Origin: Blastocladiella emersonii ATCC 22665
Taxonomy: Eukaryota; Fungi; Blastocladiomycota
Length of the DNA stretch: 64,000 bases
NCBI GenBank assembly: GCA_025594325.1
Contig: JANHCV010000010.1
Span: 1,488,001 to 1,552,000 of the forward strand
Reading direction: 5' to 3'
This document shows positions 47,045 to 57,862 of this stretch, piece by piece; the stretch's first letter is position 1; the number at the start of each line of letters is the position of its first letter. The notes below the pieces were generated by a model that made no database searches, was not told where the DNA came from, and saw nothing but the letters and a program-made list of their open reading frames with translations. Position numbers and translations under genes: made by a program.

Positions 47045-48931
47045 CGTGCCTAATTTATCCACACTTGCGACTATCCCGCTGCCTCCTCGTCTTGCTTGTT
47101 CTCTTCCTTGCTGAGAGGAGGCGGGCGGGCGATGCAGCACGCCGCGGTGAACGCCAGCGACTCGCTTCTCCCTCCCACCACTTCCCGCAGCACATGCAGC
47201 TCACGAGCACCCATGAAACTTGCCGCACCCGCCGCGAGCTGGGTGAGCCCCGAGCCCCGAGCCCCGAGCCCGAGTCTCGCTCGAGTGGCGGCGGGGCGGC
47301 CTTGCCCACGATCGCGCTGCTGAGGTGAGCCTTGGTCGCTGGTCCGATGGCGTGCGAGTCGTTCTTGCCTTCCGTCGACTCACCCATCGACTCGGTCCAG
47401 CCAGGCCCGCGCGCGGTTGCCTCGAGGCTCCGGTAGGCCTCGGGCCTTCCCGCGCGTCCCGTCGTGCAGCAGTAGTGCTATAACCGCCGTAAGAGCCACC
47501 CACGGCGCGCCGCCGGTGTCCGCGTTCGTGCCGCTCGCGCGTCTCTACCTTTCTTTCCGTGTCCGTGGACAGGAGGCATCCTGGGATGCACTACCGCCAC
47601 GCCGCTGCAACTGTGTCCGGCGGACGCGGCTCGGCTCGCGCCCTCGCACCTTGATCGAGCGAGTCATCGTAGGACCACCGCCGCACAGGCGATATTAGTC
47701 TGGCAAACCGTCCGATCCGCCGGTCATTCAACCCCGTCATGTCCATCTCGTCGTCGAGGCGTTGCTTGCTCAATCGCGTCCTTGTCTCCGAGTTGTACTC
47801 GCTCCGCTATCCATGCTGATCGAGGACCCGCGTCCTGGCCTTCTGGACTTGCCTGGCATCCCTCAAGGCGCCGCGGCGAGCTCGACACGATCGCGTCGGC
47901 TCAGCGGTCGTCGACCAGGGTACTTCCGATTCCACGCAGCGCCTGCGCATCGGCTAGTTGAGTAGAAACTCTGGTGGCTGGTTACCCGCGCTGCCTGCTC
48001 TCATGCCAACTTACTCTTACGAGTACGCCAGTACTTAACAACCAAGTCCCACGATTGCGCAAGTCTTCTGGGGAACTGTCCCATCGAAACAAACTGCTCG
48101 CTCGTCGAGCTCCGTGTGTATACGATACCGAACGATCATCAAGACGCGCACCAACATTTACCGCGCGGCGCAACACCCGCGCGGCGCTTCACAGACCGAG
48201 GGACCAGCTCCCAGCTCCTTCACAAAACCGAGGCGGGAGGAGCTGATCGCGCGAGCGGCCTTTTCACGGGATCCACGCGACCGATTCCCACCGCGACGAG
48301 CCGATTGGAGACTTAAAGTCTTGCATCGGGGGAGAGCGGCGACAGACATCGCTGGAACGGACAGGTGCGTCGGCATCCATGCAACGAGTCGATGGCAATC
48401 AGCAGGACGGCTCGTCGGAGTCGCGTCGACGACGGGTCAACGAAGAATAAGTGAGGCTCGCAACAACCGTTTCGGGCGTGGCGAGACGGGGGAACCCGAA
48501 TTGGTCGCCGGCGCGCATCTTTGACGGGTTCGCGAGATCGACGCGCCAGTCACGGCGCGTTCCTGCATATCCTCGACCTGATGCGGAATGCGCTCGAATA
48601 AAATAAAATATTCTCAAAGGACAATACTAAACCTTGGCGTGGCCCCTCTGTGGAATCCAATTCGCATTGGTGCAGCGGAACGCGTCGCGTTTCAGCCGCA
48701 CGTGGCGGAGGCTGACGCGTCTCGGCTCCGACTTGTCCATCCCCCCTCCCCTGCTGCTGTTCTCAATTGGTCTTGAAAATCTCTGCGACTGACTGCAATT
48801 CATGTATCTCGGCCGTGCTGGCCCGACGTGACCTTCGGTGACCCTCAATGAAGTGACCGCCGGCCGCTCCCGCCTCGCTGTCGTCGCTCCTTCCCTGCAC
48901 ACCTTGCGTTAATCGCACGAGCCTTGCTACT

Positions 48932-51900
48932 ATGACGCGAACCAGAATCCTCCCCCGAGCTCTCGGGGGCATCGGCCCTGCGACCACCGCCGCCGCGCTC
49001 ATACTCGCCGTAACTACCACCCTCGTCGTCTCTTCCACCGTCGCCTTCGCACAACTACAACATGAGCCACGGCAATCCGTCCCGCCACCCTCCTCGTCCT
49101 CTCCACCGTCGTTGCCCTTCACCGGGTGCGCAGCCGCGGGCACCACGGCGCTCCTGTCCGCGCCAGCGGGCACCTTTGGCACCAACTTTTCGCCGCCGGG
49201 GTACCCGAACAATGCGCAGTGCCGGTGGCGGATCGCATCGCTCGACCCGACGCGCGTGGTCCGCGTCACCTTCTCGTCGTTCCAGACCGAGTGCGGCTAC
49301 GACTTCGTCACGGCCTACGACGTGTCAGCCGGTTCCGGCTCGGTGTCGTCGACGCCCATCGCGCGCCTGTGCGGGAACCGCACCGCGCACCTCGCCTACG
49401 ACGTGATCGTGTCGAGCGGGCCCGCGCTCGTCGTCGAGTTTGCCTCGGACGTGGACGTGCAGTCGGCCGGGTTCACGGCGGCCTACCAGCTCGTCTCGCC
49501 GTGCGCTCCCGTCGGGCCCAACGGCGACGTGTGCTCGGGCCGCGGGACCTGCGTTTCCGTCAGTGGCGGCGGCTTGCGTTGCCAGTGCAACCCGACCGCA
49601 TCGGGCACCATGTGCGAGCGCGAGACGGCGGGCTTCGCGGCGTTCGTCCCGCGCGCGAACCTCGCTGCCGCGTACCTCGCCGACGCCGACGCCATGGTCC
49701 TTGCCGGCGGGCAGCGCGACAACCAGGTCCTCCCGTTCGACACGCTGCAGTACAATTTTGGTACGCTCTGTCCTTGCCACTGCCGAGACTTCCAACTTAC
49801 GTCGTCCCTTCCTTAGGCCCAGGATCATGGAGCACCGTCCCGGTAACATTGCCCGGCCCGTCGGACCGCTACTCGCACGGCATGGTCGCCATCAACTCGA
49901 CGGTATACCTGTACGGCGGGATTGGGAACCAGGGCGCGACCACGGACCTTTGGCAGCTGACGCCGGGCTCCGCTTCACCGCAGTGGTCGCGTATCACGCC
50001 GCGGCCGGGACCTCCCGGAAGCGTCGCCGTGACGCCGCCGCCCCTGTACTGGCCGACGGTGGTCGCGGCCGAGGATCTCGGCAAGGTTTTCGTGATTGGC
50101 GGGCTCACGCTGCAGTCGGGGTACTACTCGTACTCGCGGCTCCTGTTCGAGTTTGACACGCGTACGAACTCTATCAAGGTCATCCAGGATGCTCACTAAC
50201 ACTTATCCCGCTCCAACGGAATAGGCACGCTCGTCTGGTCGCAGCGCAACAGCAGCTCGCACCCGATCATCTCGACGTCGGCCGCGGTCGCCGCCTCGGC
50301 CATTTACCGGTCCGCGTCGCGGTTCATCCACGTCTTCACCGAGTACGCGGTGCAGAGCTACCACGTCCCGACCGACACGTGGTTCTTTGACCCCATCGAC
50401 AGCCTGACCTCGCCCACCGATCCGGCCACCGCCATCGACCCGCGCCTGTACCGGTCCGCCACGCTGTTCGGCGACAACTACGCGGTGCTCTTCGGCGGGC
50501 AGATCAAGCCCGTGACGCCGGCCTCGACGGCCCGCGCGTGCTACACGGACGCGCTTCACATCGTGGACCTCGACTGCTGGTCCGTGGTCAACGCGACGTC
50601 GCTGCCGGGGCGACACCGCATGGGCCACGCGGCGGTACGGCGCGGCGACGACGAGCTGGTGATTGCCGGCGGGTTCAACGGCGTGTCGCAGTCGGACGTG
50701 GTCCGCGAGCGGATTGCCCTGCCGCCGGCCAACGCCACAGCGCGCGCCGCGTGCCGCGCGAGGACGTGGTGCGCGCGGTCCAACGACTGCGCCGACTGCG
50801 TGGCCAAGCCCGGGTGCGGGTGGTGCGACAACCAGTGCGTGTACGGGTGCGCGGCCGTGACATCCCCAGGATCGTGCCCGGCGCGCGTCCCGCTGACGCT
50901 CGGCGTGGCCAAGACGGGCCGGATCGCGGGTCTGGCGGCCGTCGAGTTCGGCGCCTTCATCAACGCGCCCGACAACGACCTGTTTATCCGGTTCGACAGC
51001 GACGACGTGGGCAGCGGCGACCCGCCGTTCACGGTCAGCGTGCGGAACCTGCCGCTCAACGCCACGTTCAGCACGCAGTCGACGGCGACCGTGTTTCCGA
51101 GTACCGACGCGCGCCGGTTCGGCGGGTGGCACGTCTTCCGGCTCGAGAACCGGGGGACTGCGGCGCTCCAATTCTCGCTGCTGGTCTCGGCTGAGGGGAT
51201 CTCGTACCGCAACCCGATTGATTACACCGATGCGAACGCGCAGACGGTACGGTGCCTGCCGAAGGGCACACTCCTCATGGATTCTCATCGTCGCGCCCGT
51301 GTGTAGCTCCTCGGCGTCGGGATCATCTGCCTCATGGTCTCGGGCACGCTGGCGATCCGGCGTCTCGCGCGGCGACATCCCGTCAACGCGAACGGCGGCG
51401 CGCTGCCCAAGATCCGGCCGTCCATCTACCAGATCGACGTCAAGGTGCTGACGGACCGCGCGGTGACGATCCCGGTGGCCAAGGCCGTGGCCGCGTCCGC
51501 GAGCAGCGCGCTGTCGACACGGCCGCTACTCGCAAGCCAGATCAAGACGTCGGCGTCGCTGTCGGACACGGACGGCGGCGTCGAGTGGGTTACGCCTGCC
51601 GGCTCAAGTTCGCGCGACGCGGCTATGACCCCGCCGCCAATGCGCGTGGCCACGTCGGGTTCCGTGCCCGTGAGCCCGGCGCGGTCGCTGCACTTTGGGT
51701 CGGGCGAGACCATGTCGATCCCACTGTCGCCGCTGCGCAACGGCGGGAGCGGCGCGCGCGGGAGCGCGGATGTTGGCGGATGGTCGGCGCTGCAGCGGCT
51801 CATCGTACGTCTTCTCTTCCCATGCTCGCGAGCCTGACTGACGCTGAACCCACGCGTAGCCCATGAGCGCCGAAGCCCACATCCTGCCGCCCGAGTCCAG

Positions 51901-52318
51901 ACCCGCTTCACCACCACCACCACCGGGCTCTCCGCCACCACGCCCCACGACACCCTCCCCCTCAACCCCGACCCGCGCCGCGAACGCGCTCGGCACGCGG
52001 TTCCGGTCGCTGTCCCCGACCAAGCGCGCGGCAGCCGCCATGGCCGCGGCAGACGCAGCGCAGGCGCGCGACGTGGTGTTTCTGACGTACCTGGTGACGA
52101 TGCCGGGGTGCCCGCGCGATGCGGTGAGCGGGATCCCGGCGTTCGCGGTGGCCACGGCGGCGGTCCCGCTGTCGCGCGAGGCGGGGGTGCAGCTGCGGCA
52201 GCCGGTCAAGGTCAAGCCGGCCGCGGAGGCGGCGAGGGCGGCGGGGGCGGGAGGGGTGAGGCCGCCGAGTCGTGGGATGGCGGCGGCCGTGGACCGGTTG
52301 CGACGGATGGCAAGATGA
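48932..52318 (+). CDS. Attractin/MEGF8-like type I membrane protein (signal-CUB-EGF-Kelch-PSI-TM-cytoplasmic tail)
   Basis: Signal peptide; CUB (YPNNAQCRWRI, FSSFQTECGYDFV); EGF (CSGRGTC..CQCNP..GTMC); Kelch (RYSHGMV..YLYGG, FGGQI, RMGHAAV..IAGGFNG); PSI (CADCVAKPGCGWCDNQC); TM (LLGVGIICLMVSGTLAI). Introns 49761-49816, 50162-50224, 51247-51306 and 51805-51859 all preserve frame. Confidence 0.88.
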
Positions 52319-52460
52319 GGAGGACGGGGGAGCAGGGAGACAAGACTTGCACGATGACGGGTTAGAGAATAAACATGTTGCTGAACGACAAAGACACAAG
52401 GACATTCCGTGTGATCGAGGCGCTAATCGACCTCGACCACGTACCACGACCGCGGGCCGA

Positions 52461-52921
52461 CTACTTCTCGCGCCACTGGTGCTGGCAGTCGTGGTCGCAG
52501 CATTTATAGAACGTCGACATGGGCTCGTCGGCGGACCGGATCTGGATCTGCAGGAAGTAGGCGCGCGGGTGCTCGCACTTCGGGCACGGGACTACGCGGG
52601 ATGGCGTCAGTGCGGTGCATGCACCCGGAGCGAGGGAGGAGCACGTACCGTCGATCGAGTCGACGTTTTCCCACGCCTTGGCGCCGCCGAGGATATCGTC
52701 GACCTCCTTGCGCTGCATGTACGTCCGGGTGCGCAGCTACGCGGGCGAGTGCAGGGCGCCTCGGTGAGCCGTCGGGGTCCAGCACGGTCCCAGCGCGCAG
52801 CGAGACGCACCTCCTCCGTAATCGGGAAGATATAGGGGCACGTGCGGCAGGCGAACCGCTGCTCGCCGCCGTCCGACTTGAGGGTCAGCATGTTGCCGCA
52901 CTGGGGGCAGAAGATGAGCAT
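52461..52921 (-). CDS. RPC11: RNA polymerase III subunit C11
   Basis: MLIFCPQCGNML..FACRTCPY, KEVDDILGG..AWENVD, CPKCEH..AYFLQIQIRSADEPMSTFYKC. Two introns. Confidence 0.96.
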
Positions 52922-53135
52922 GGTGTTTGGTCGGTTGCTGCGAGTTACATGGAGCGCCGAGCGCGAATGGGAGGGCAGAGCGGGGGGAGAGAGAAAGCTC
53001 GAAGGCCCGCTCCCACTCGCACAGCGATCACGGCTCTCATCAGCTCACCTGACGCGCTGCACAGCAGCGGACGCGCTTCGCCTTGGCCGCTTCCCGCGAG
53101 CTTCCCCTCTCCCCTCCACCGACGACAACGATACG

Positions 53136-54798
53136 ATGCACCCCCATGCGAGCACGCACCATGTAACCGCGCGCAACCGCCCCGCCGCCGCCTTTATCGA
53201 CCGGCTGTCCGACGAGGTCGTGGCGCTGGTCCTCGCGTGCCTGGCGCCCGCCGACATGGCGTGCGCCGCGCGGGTGTCGCGGCGGTGGCACCGGCTGTCG
53301 CGCGACGGCTCGGTACGCCTTCCCTCACCCACACATCCTCCGTACCCGCCATCTCATTCCACCGAAGTAGGTCTGGCGCACGCTCTTCCTGCGTCACTTC
53401 ACGGCGCACGTGCACGACGCGCAGTGGGCGGCGTCGATCGCGGCGCAGTCGGTGCGCGGGCCGCAGTGGCGCGCGCTGTTCCGCGTGCAGCTCAACTGGT
53501 CGCGCGGCGTCGGGCGCGCCGTGCGGATGGTCCCGACGGCGATGCGTGCCGCCGCTGCAGGCGGAGTCGACCTGCCGCGCGTCTACGCCGTGCTACCATG
53601 TGACGACGTGCTGGTTGCGGCGCAGGGCAACGTCGTCGACGTGTTTGCCGCGGACGGGGTAAGGCGGGCGAGCGTGCGGGTCGCGCCGGCCGAGCCGATC
53701 GTCGGCATCTTTGCTGAGGACGGCGAGGTCGCGGTGGCGATGACGCCGACGCACCTGCACCGCATCGGCATCTCCAAAGACTCGGCCACCATCACAACAA
53801 GCGTGCGGCACGACCTGGTCCGCCCGACGCGGCCCGCGCACCGGACTTTGCCCGTCGTCCACGGCCACCTCGCGGGCGGGACGCTCGCCGTCGTCGTGCT
53901 CACCGAGACCGCCGCCTCCCTCTCCCTCCTCGACACGCGCACGGGCCGCGTCGTGCACACGTCGCACGGTCTCCCGACACTCACCCCGCTCACGACGCTG
54001 GCGGTCCACGCGTCGCTCGAATCCACCACCTTCCGCGTGCGCGTCATGTACGCCGCGCAGCTGTACACGCCGGCCCCGCTCCCGCCGCTGCACGAGGTAA
54101 GGGTCCAGCACCTGTCCTTTTGCCCGCGCACCTGGACCCAGACCGAGCCGAGCCGCGTCGCCGTCCCCTCGCCCGCCAACCCGGCCTTCGCCTCCCCGAC
54201 CTGCACCACGCCGGTCCCCGCGACACATGCCGTGACCCCGCGCCACGCGCGCATCACGCACCTCGCGTACGACGCCCACGGCGGGTACCTCGCCGCGGGG
54301 CACGCCGACGCGAGCGTGTCCGTGTACCTTTTGCGGGACACGCGAGTGCACCTCCTCGCGGCGCTCTCGCCGACGCACGCGTGCGCACTGCAGGGCGTCG
54401 CGGTACACGCGGGCACGGGCCGCGTGGTCTCCGTGGGAGCGGACGGGCGCGCGCGTGTGTGGCAGCTCGAGCCCGGGACCGGGATCGCGCGCGCGGGGGA
54501 CGGCGCGGTCGTGTTTCGCCAGCAGCGGCGGGAGGTCGAGGCAAGGAGTAAGGTCGCGGTGCTGCACCTCAAGCGCGATGCGAGGCGGGTCGCACGGGTG
54601 CCTGTTCCCGCGAAGCAGGGCGGGGGATGCGAGTGGCGCGCGGTCCGTGTGCGCGGCGACGCCATGGTGTCCGAGGTGCACGTTAGCGACGCGCCATCAC
54701 AAGAAGGAGAAGGCGAGCGCGTGTGGGTCAGCTTCTCGCAGTCGCGGCTCGTGTGCGGGTACGCGCGGCACGCGGTCGCCGTCGATTTTGGGCATTGA
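53136..54798 (+). CDS. F-box protein with a divergent WD40-like beta-propeller
   Basis: F-box DRLSDEVVALVLACL..DMACAARVSRRWHRL. Intron near 53314-53369. WD-like repeats (LAAGHADASVSVY, VVSVGADGRARVW, FSQSRLVCG). Confidence 0.8.
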
Positions 54799-54841
54799 GT
54801 ACAACAGAGCTCGGGGTGTGTATGAACAAAGAGGGAGGTGA

Positions 54842-55658
54842 TCAGACGGTGCCGAGCCGGACGACAAAGTCGGTGAGCTGGGCGGCGTTGGCGAGGCCGA
54901 ACCCGTCGCCGGTGCCGTCCTCGGACACGGGCTCGGTGGCGGCGAGCTCGCGCTTGGCGGGCGTGTACAGCTGCGTCGCCTCGTCGTAGGTCCATCCGCG
55001 CTCGAGCAGGTCTACAGCGTCAGCAGTCAGTCAGCACTCGCATCGCCAACCGCCCAAAGAAACAACGTACGCTCGCGCGGGTACACGTCCGCGACCGCGG
55101 CGCGGCGGATCGCCGTGTACGTGGCCTCGACGCGCTCGAGGTGGCGGCGCGCGAGAATGTCGGCGGCAGCCGACGCGATCGGGACGAGCGGCGACTGGTC
55201 GGCGGCGGCGGTGACGAGGGCGCGGAACCCGGCGACCAGCGCCACGGTGCGGTGCTCGCGCAGCAGGTGGTATAGCTCGATCAGGCCCGCCGCGATGGGC
55301 GACTTGGCCGTCTGTGCGCGCCGGATGATGTGTAGGCACGACGGGCTAGTGCGACGGGTATGAGTCGAGCGTCGAGGAGAAGGTGGCAGCGTGGGGAGAC
55401 GTACACATCCTCGCTGGCGAGGGTCAGGACGAGGAGCAGCGGGAACAGGTCGTTGGGCAGCGGCTGGCCGAGGTGCTCCATCTGGTACTAGACTCGGGGA
55501 AAGCGAGCGAGGGTGCCGCGTCAGCGCGCCGTGCTGCCGGGTGATGGTCGCGAGCAGGACAACCGGACCTGCAGCTCAAAGTCCTCTGCGTCGGCGAGGG
55601 CCTCGGCGAGGCGGCCCTTGCGCAGGTGGTTGCTGACTTCGGGGAGGAGGTGTTCCAT
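54842..55658 (-). CDS. CSN8: COP9 signalosome subunit 8-like (CSN8/PSMD8/eIF3K family)
   Basis: Spliced product ..PLLLVLTLASEDV|PSCLHIIRR..LERVEATYTAI..RGWTYDE..AQLTDFVVRL matches the CSN8 pattern (AYTSI, GW.D, LTDYVAFL). Three introns. Confidence 0.72.
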
Positions 55659-56033
55659 GGCTTTGCGTTGATGATTCTTTGGGGGAGAGCGAGCGCGTCG
55701 CTCACGGAAGCGAAGCATCGAGTCGACGGGAGCGGGCGGCAGAGGAAACGCGCGCTGACTCGCGTGGCGGCGGCGTCACGTTGGCGATCGCCTTTCTCTG
55801 GAACAGGTCAACAGTCTGCCCGATTCGCCCGGCCTGTCTCCCCTCGCCCCCGACCCCCTGCAACGTATCAACCACCGCCGCGCGAGCTCTGCGACTGCCC
55901 GCACTGCGCTCTGTCCAGGTGTGCGCCGCCCCTGCCGCCACCCCGTGCCCATGCATCGCTCGGAGAGCTCATCCTCTACCTGGCGCTGCGAGTGTAGCAC
56001 AGCCCTTCAGCCACCACCAACTTCTGAATCACC

Positions 56034-56723
56034 ATGTCCCGCCACAACGACCGCATGCGCGACCCCTGGTACGCCCGATGGACGGCTGCCGTCGCTCGAT
56101 ATCAGCGAGGCACTGACCGCTGGTCCCTGAATCTGTAGCCCATGGGTGATCCTCAACGACGCCGGCGGTGCGTTCGCCATGGGCGCCATTGGCGGTGCCG
56201 GCCTGCACTTTATCAAGGGCGCGCGCAACGCGCCTCGGGTACGTCGCTCGGTCGCTCCCCGCCCTACTGCTGCGCCACCCTCCACTCACACGTTTGTCGG
56301 CGGCGAATAGGGCGAGCGGTTCGCTGGCGCCATCTCGTCCATGAAGGCGCGCGCGCCCGTGACGGGCGGCGGGTTCGGCGTGTGGGGCGGGCTCTTCTCG
56401 CTGTTCGACTGCACGTTCGCCGGCCTGCGTGAAAAGGAGGACTCGTGGAACTCGATCATGTCCGGGTTCGTGACGGGCGGCGTGCTCGCTGCTCGCTGTA
56501 CGTGTTTCTCGTTGAGGACGGTCCATGACTTGGAGGCTGACACTCATGTTCTCCCAATCTAGCCGGCTGGAAGGCCTCGCTGACGTCGGCGACGGTCGGC
56601 GGCGTGCTGCTCGCCATGATCGAGGGCGCCATGGTCCTCATGAACCGGACCCAGGCCGACGCCTTCCGCCCGCAGGCCCCACTGCTGCCCGAGGACCTGC
56701 AGCAGCAGTCGTCCATGCAGTAA
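56034..56723 (+). CDS. TIM17: Mitochondrial inner membrane translocase subunit Tim17
   Basis: [70 protein letters not shown]. Three introns. Confidence 0.96.
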
Positions 56724-56954
56724 GTCTGCCGGCCGCTCGCTTGTTTTTGTTCTACTACCTGTTCTCTCCTCTCTGTGATATACGATCCCTCTAGGCTTAC
56801 ACCACATTCACGCGATGCCGACGGTGATGCCATGCCGTGGGAACGTGCACCCTGCCTACACGATCCGCGGACACGCGCGTCTCTCGCCCACCGCGCCTAA
56901 CCTTCGGATCGGCGCGCTTCTCCCGCTGTCTCCCCCACCGTCGCCACTTCTACC

Positions 56955-57797
56955 ATGGACGCTTCTTCTTCTTACGCATCGACGCCTCATGGATCGCCAC
57001 CACGCTCACCCCAACGGCCGCGCGAGCCAGCACCCGCGACGATCACCGCCGATCCGGAACCCCACACCCTCGCGACGTGCCCGCACCGCGCCGACCGGCT
57101 GCTGACCGTCGCTCCCGCCCCGGGCTCTGCCGCGTCGACCGGCGCACCGGTCCCCGCCCCCGCGATCGACGCGTCGCTGCTCCCGCGCGACACGCTGTAC
57201 ATGTCCCTTCCCGACGCCGTGGTCGGCTGCGCGCACCTGCTCCCGTCAGGCCACCACCTCGCCATCGCTCTCTCCTCTGCCGCCGACCTGCTCGCCTCCC
57301 TCCGCCACGCGCCGCCGGGATGCGATCTCGCGCTACACGTCACGCGCACGGGCACGATCCACTTGGCGCTGACCCGGCCCGCCCTCGACGCGCTGTGGCG
57401 GCCATGCACGCGCCTCGTCGCGAGGTCCGTCGCGGCCCCGTTCGCAACGGCGGACGCGGTCAAGCTGTGTCGCGCGATGCACGCCGCGGGGCGGTCGCGG
57501 ACGCGCGTCGACGTGTCAGGGTTGCTGGCGGAGGGTGGAGGGGAGAGGTGTGTGGCCGTGGTCCCAATGGAAAGCGGGTCGATGGCCGTCCTGGTCGCGG
57601 ACGCGCCGCGGCCGGCGTGGTCGATGATTGTTGAACACGTCGCGGCACTGGTCGTGGACGCGGCGCGGTACTCGGCCGAGTACGCCGCGTACGTCGCGCA
57701 CCGAGTCGCAACCGTTGTCGCGTGGCTCGGCTGGCCTGAGATCCTGCTGCTCAAGGCCGGCGCGGCGGCGTCCCTGACAAGGACAAAGGCGGACTGA
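56955..57797 (+). CDS. Hypothetical protein (280 aa)
   Basis: ATG in an ACCATGG context; single ORF with coding-like codon bias; no family recognised. Confidence 0.55.
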   Translation: MDASSSYASTPHGSPPRSPQRPREPAPATITADPEPHTLATCPHRADRLLTVAPAPGSAASTGAPVPAPAIDASLLPRDTLYMSLPDAVVGCAHLLPSGHHLAIALSSAADLLASLRHAPPGCDLALHVTRTGTIHLALTRPALDALWRPCTRLVARSVAAPFATADAVKLCRAMHAAGRSRTRVDVSGLLAEGGGERCVAVVPMESGSMAVLVADAPRPAWSMIVEHVAALVVDAARYSAEYAAYVAHRVATVVAWLGWPEILLLKAGAAASLTRTKAD

Positions 57798-57862
57798 GTA
57801 GACAAAACGTTGGCGGCGCGATGCCCCGCGAGTGTGTATATACGAACAAAACTTCTCCCCAT

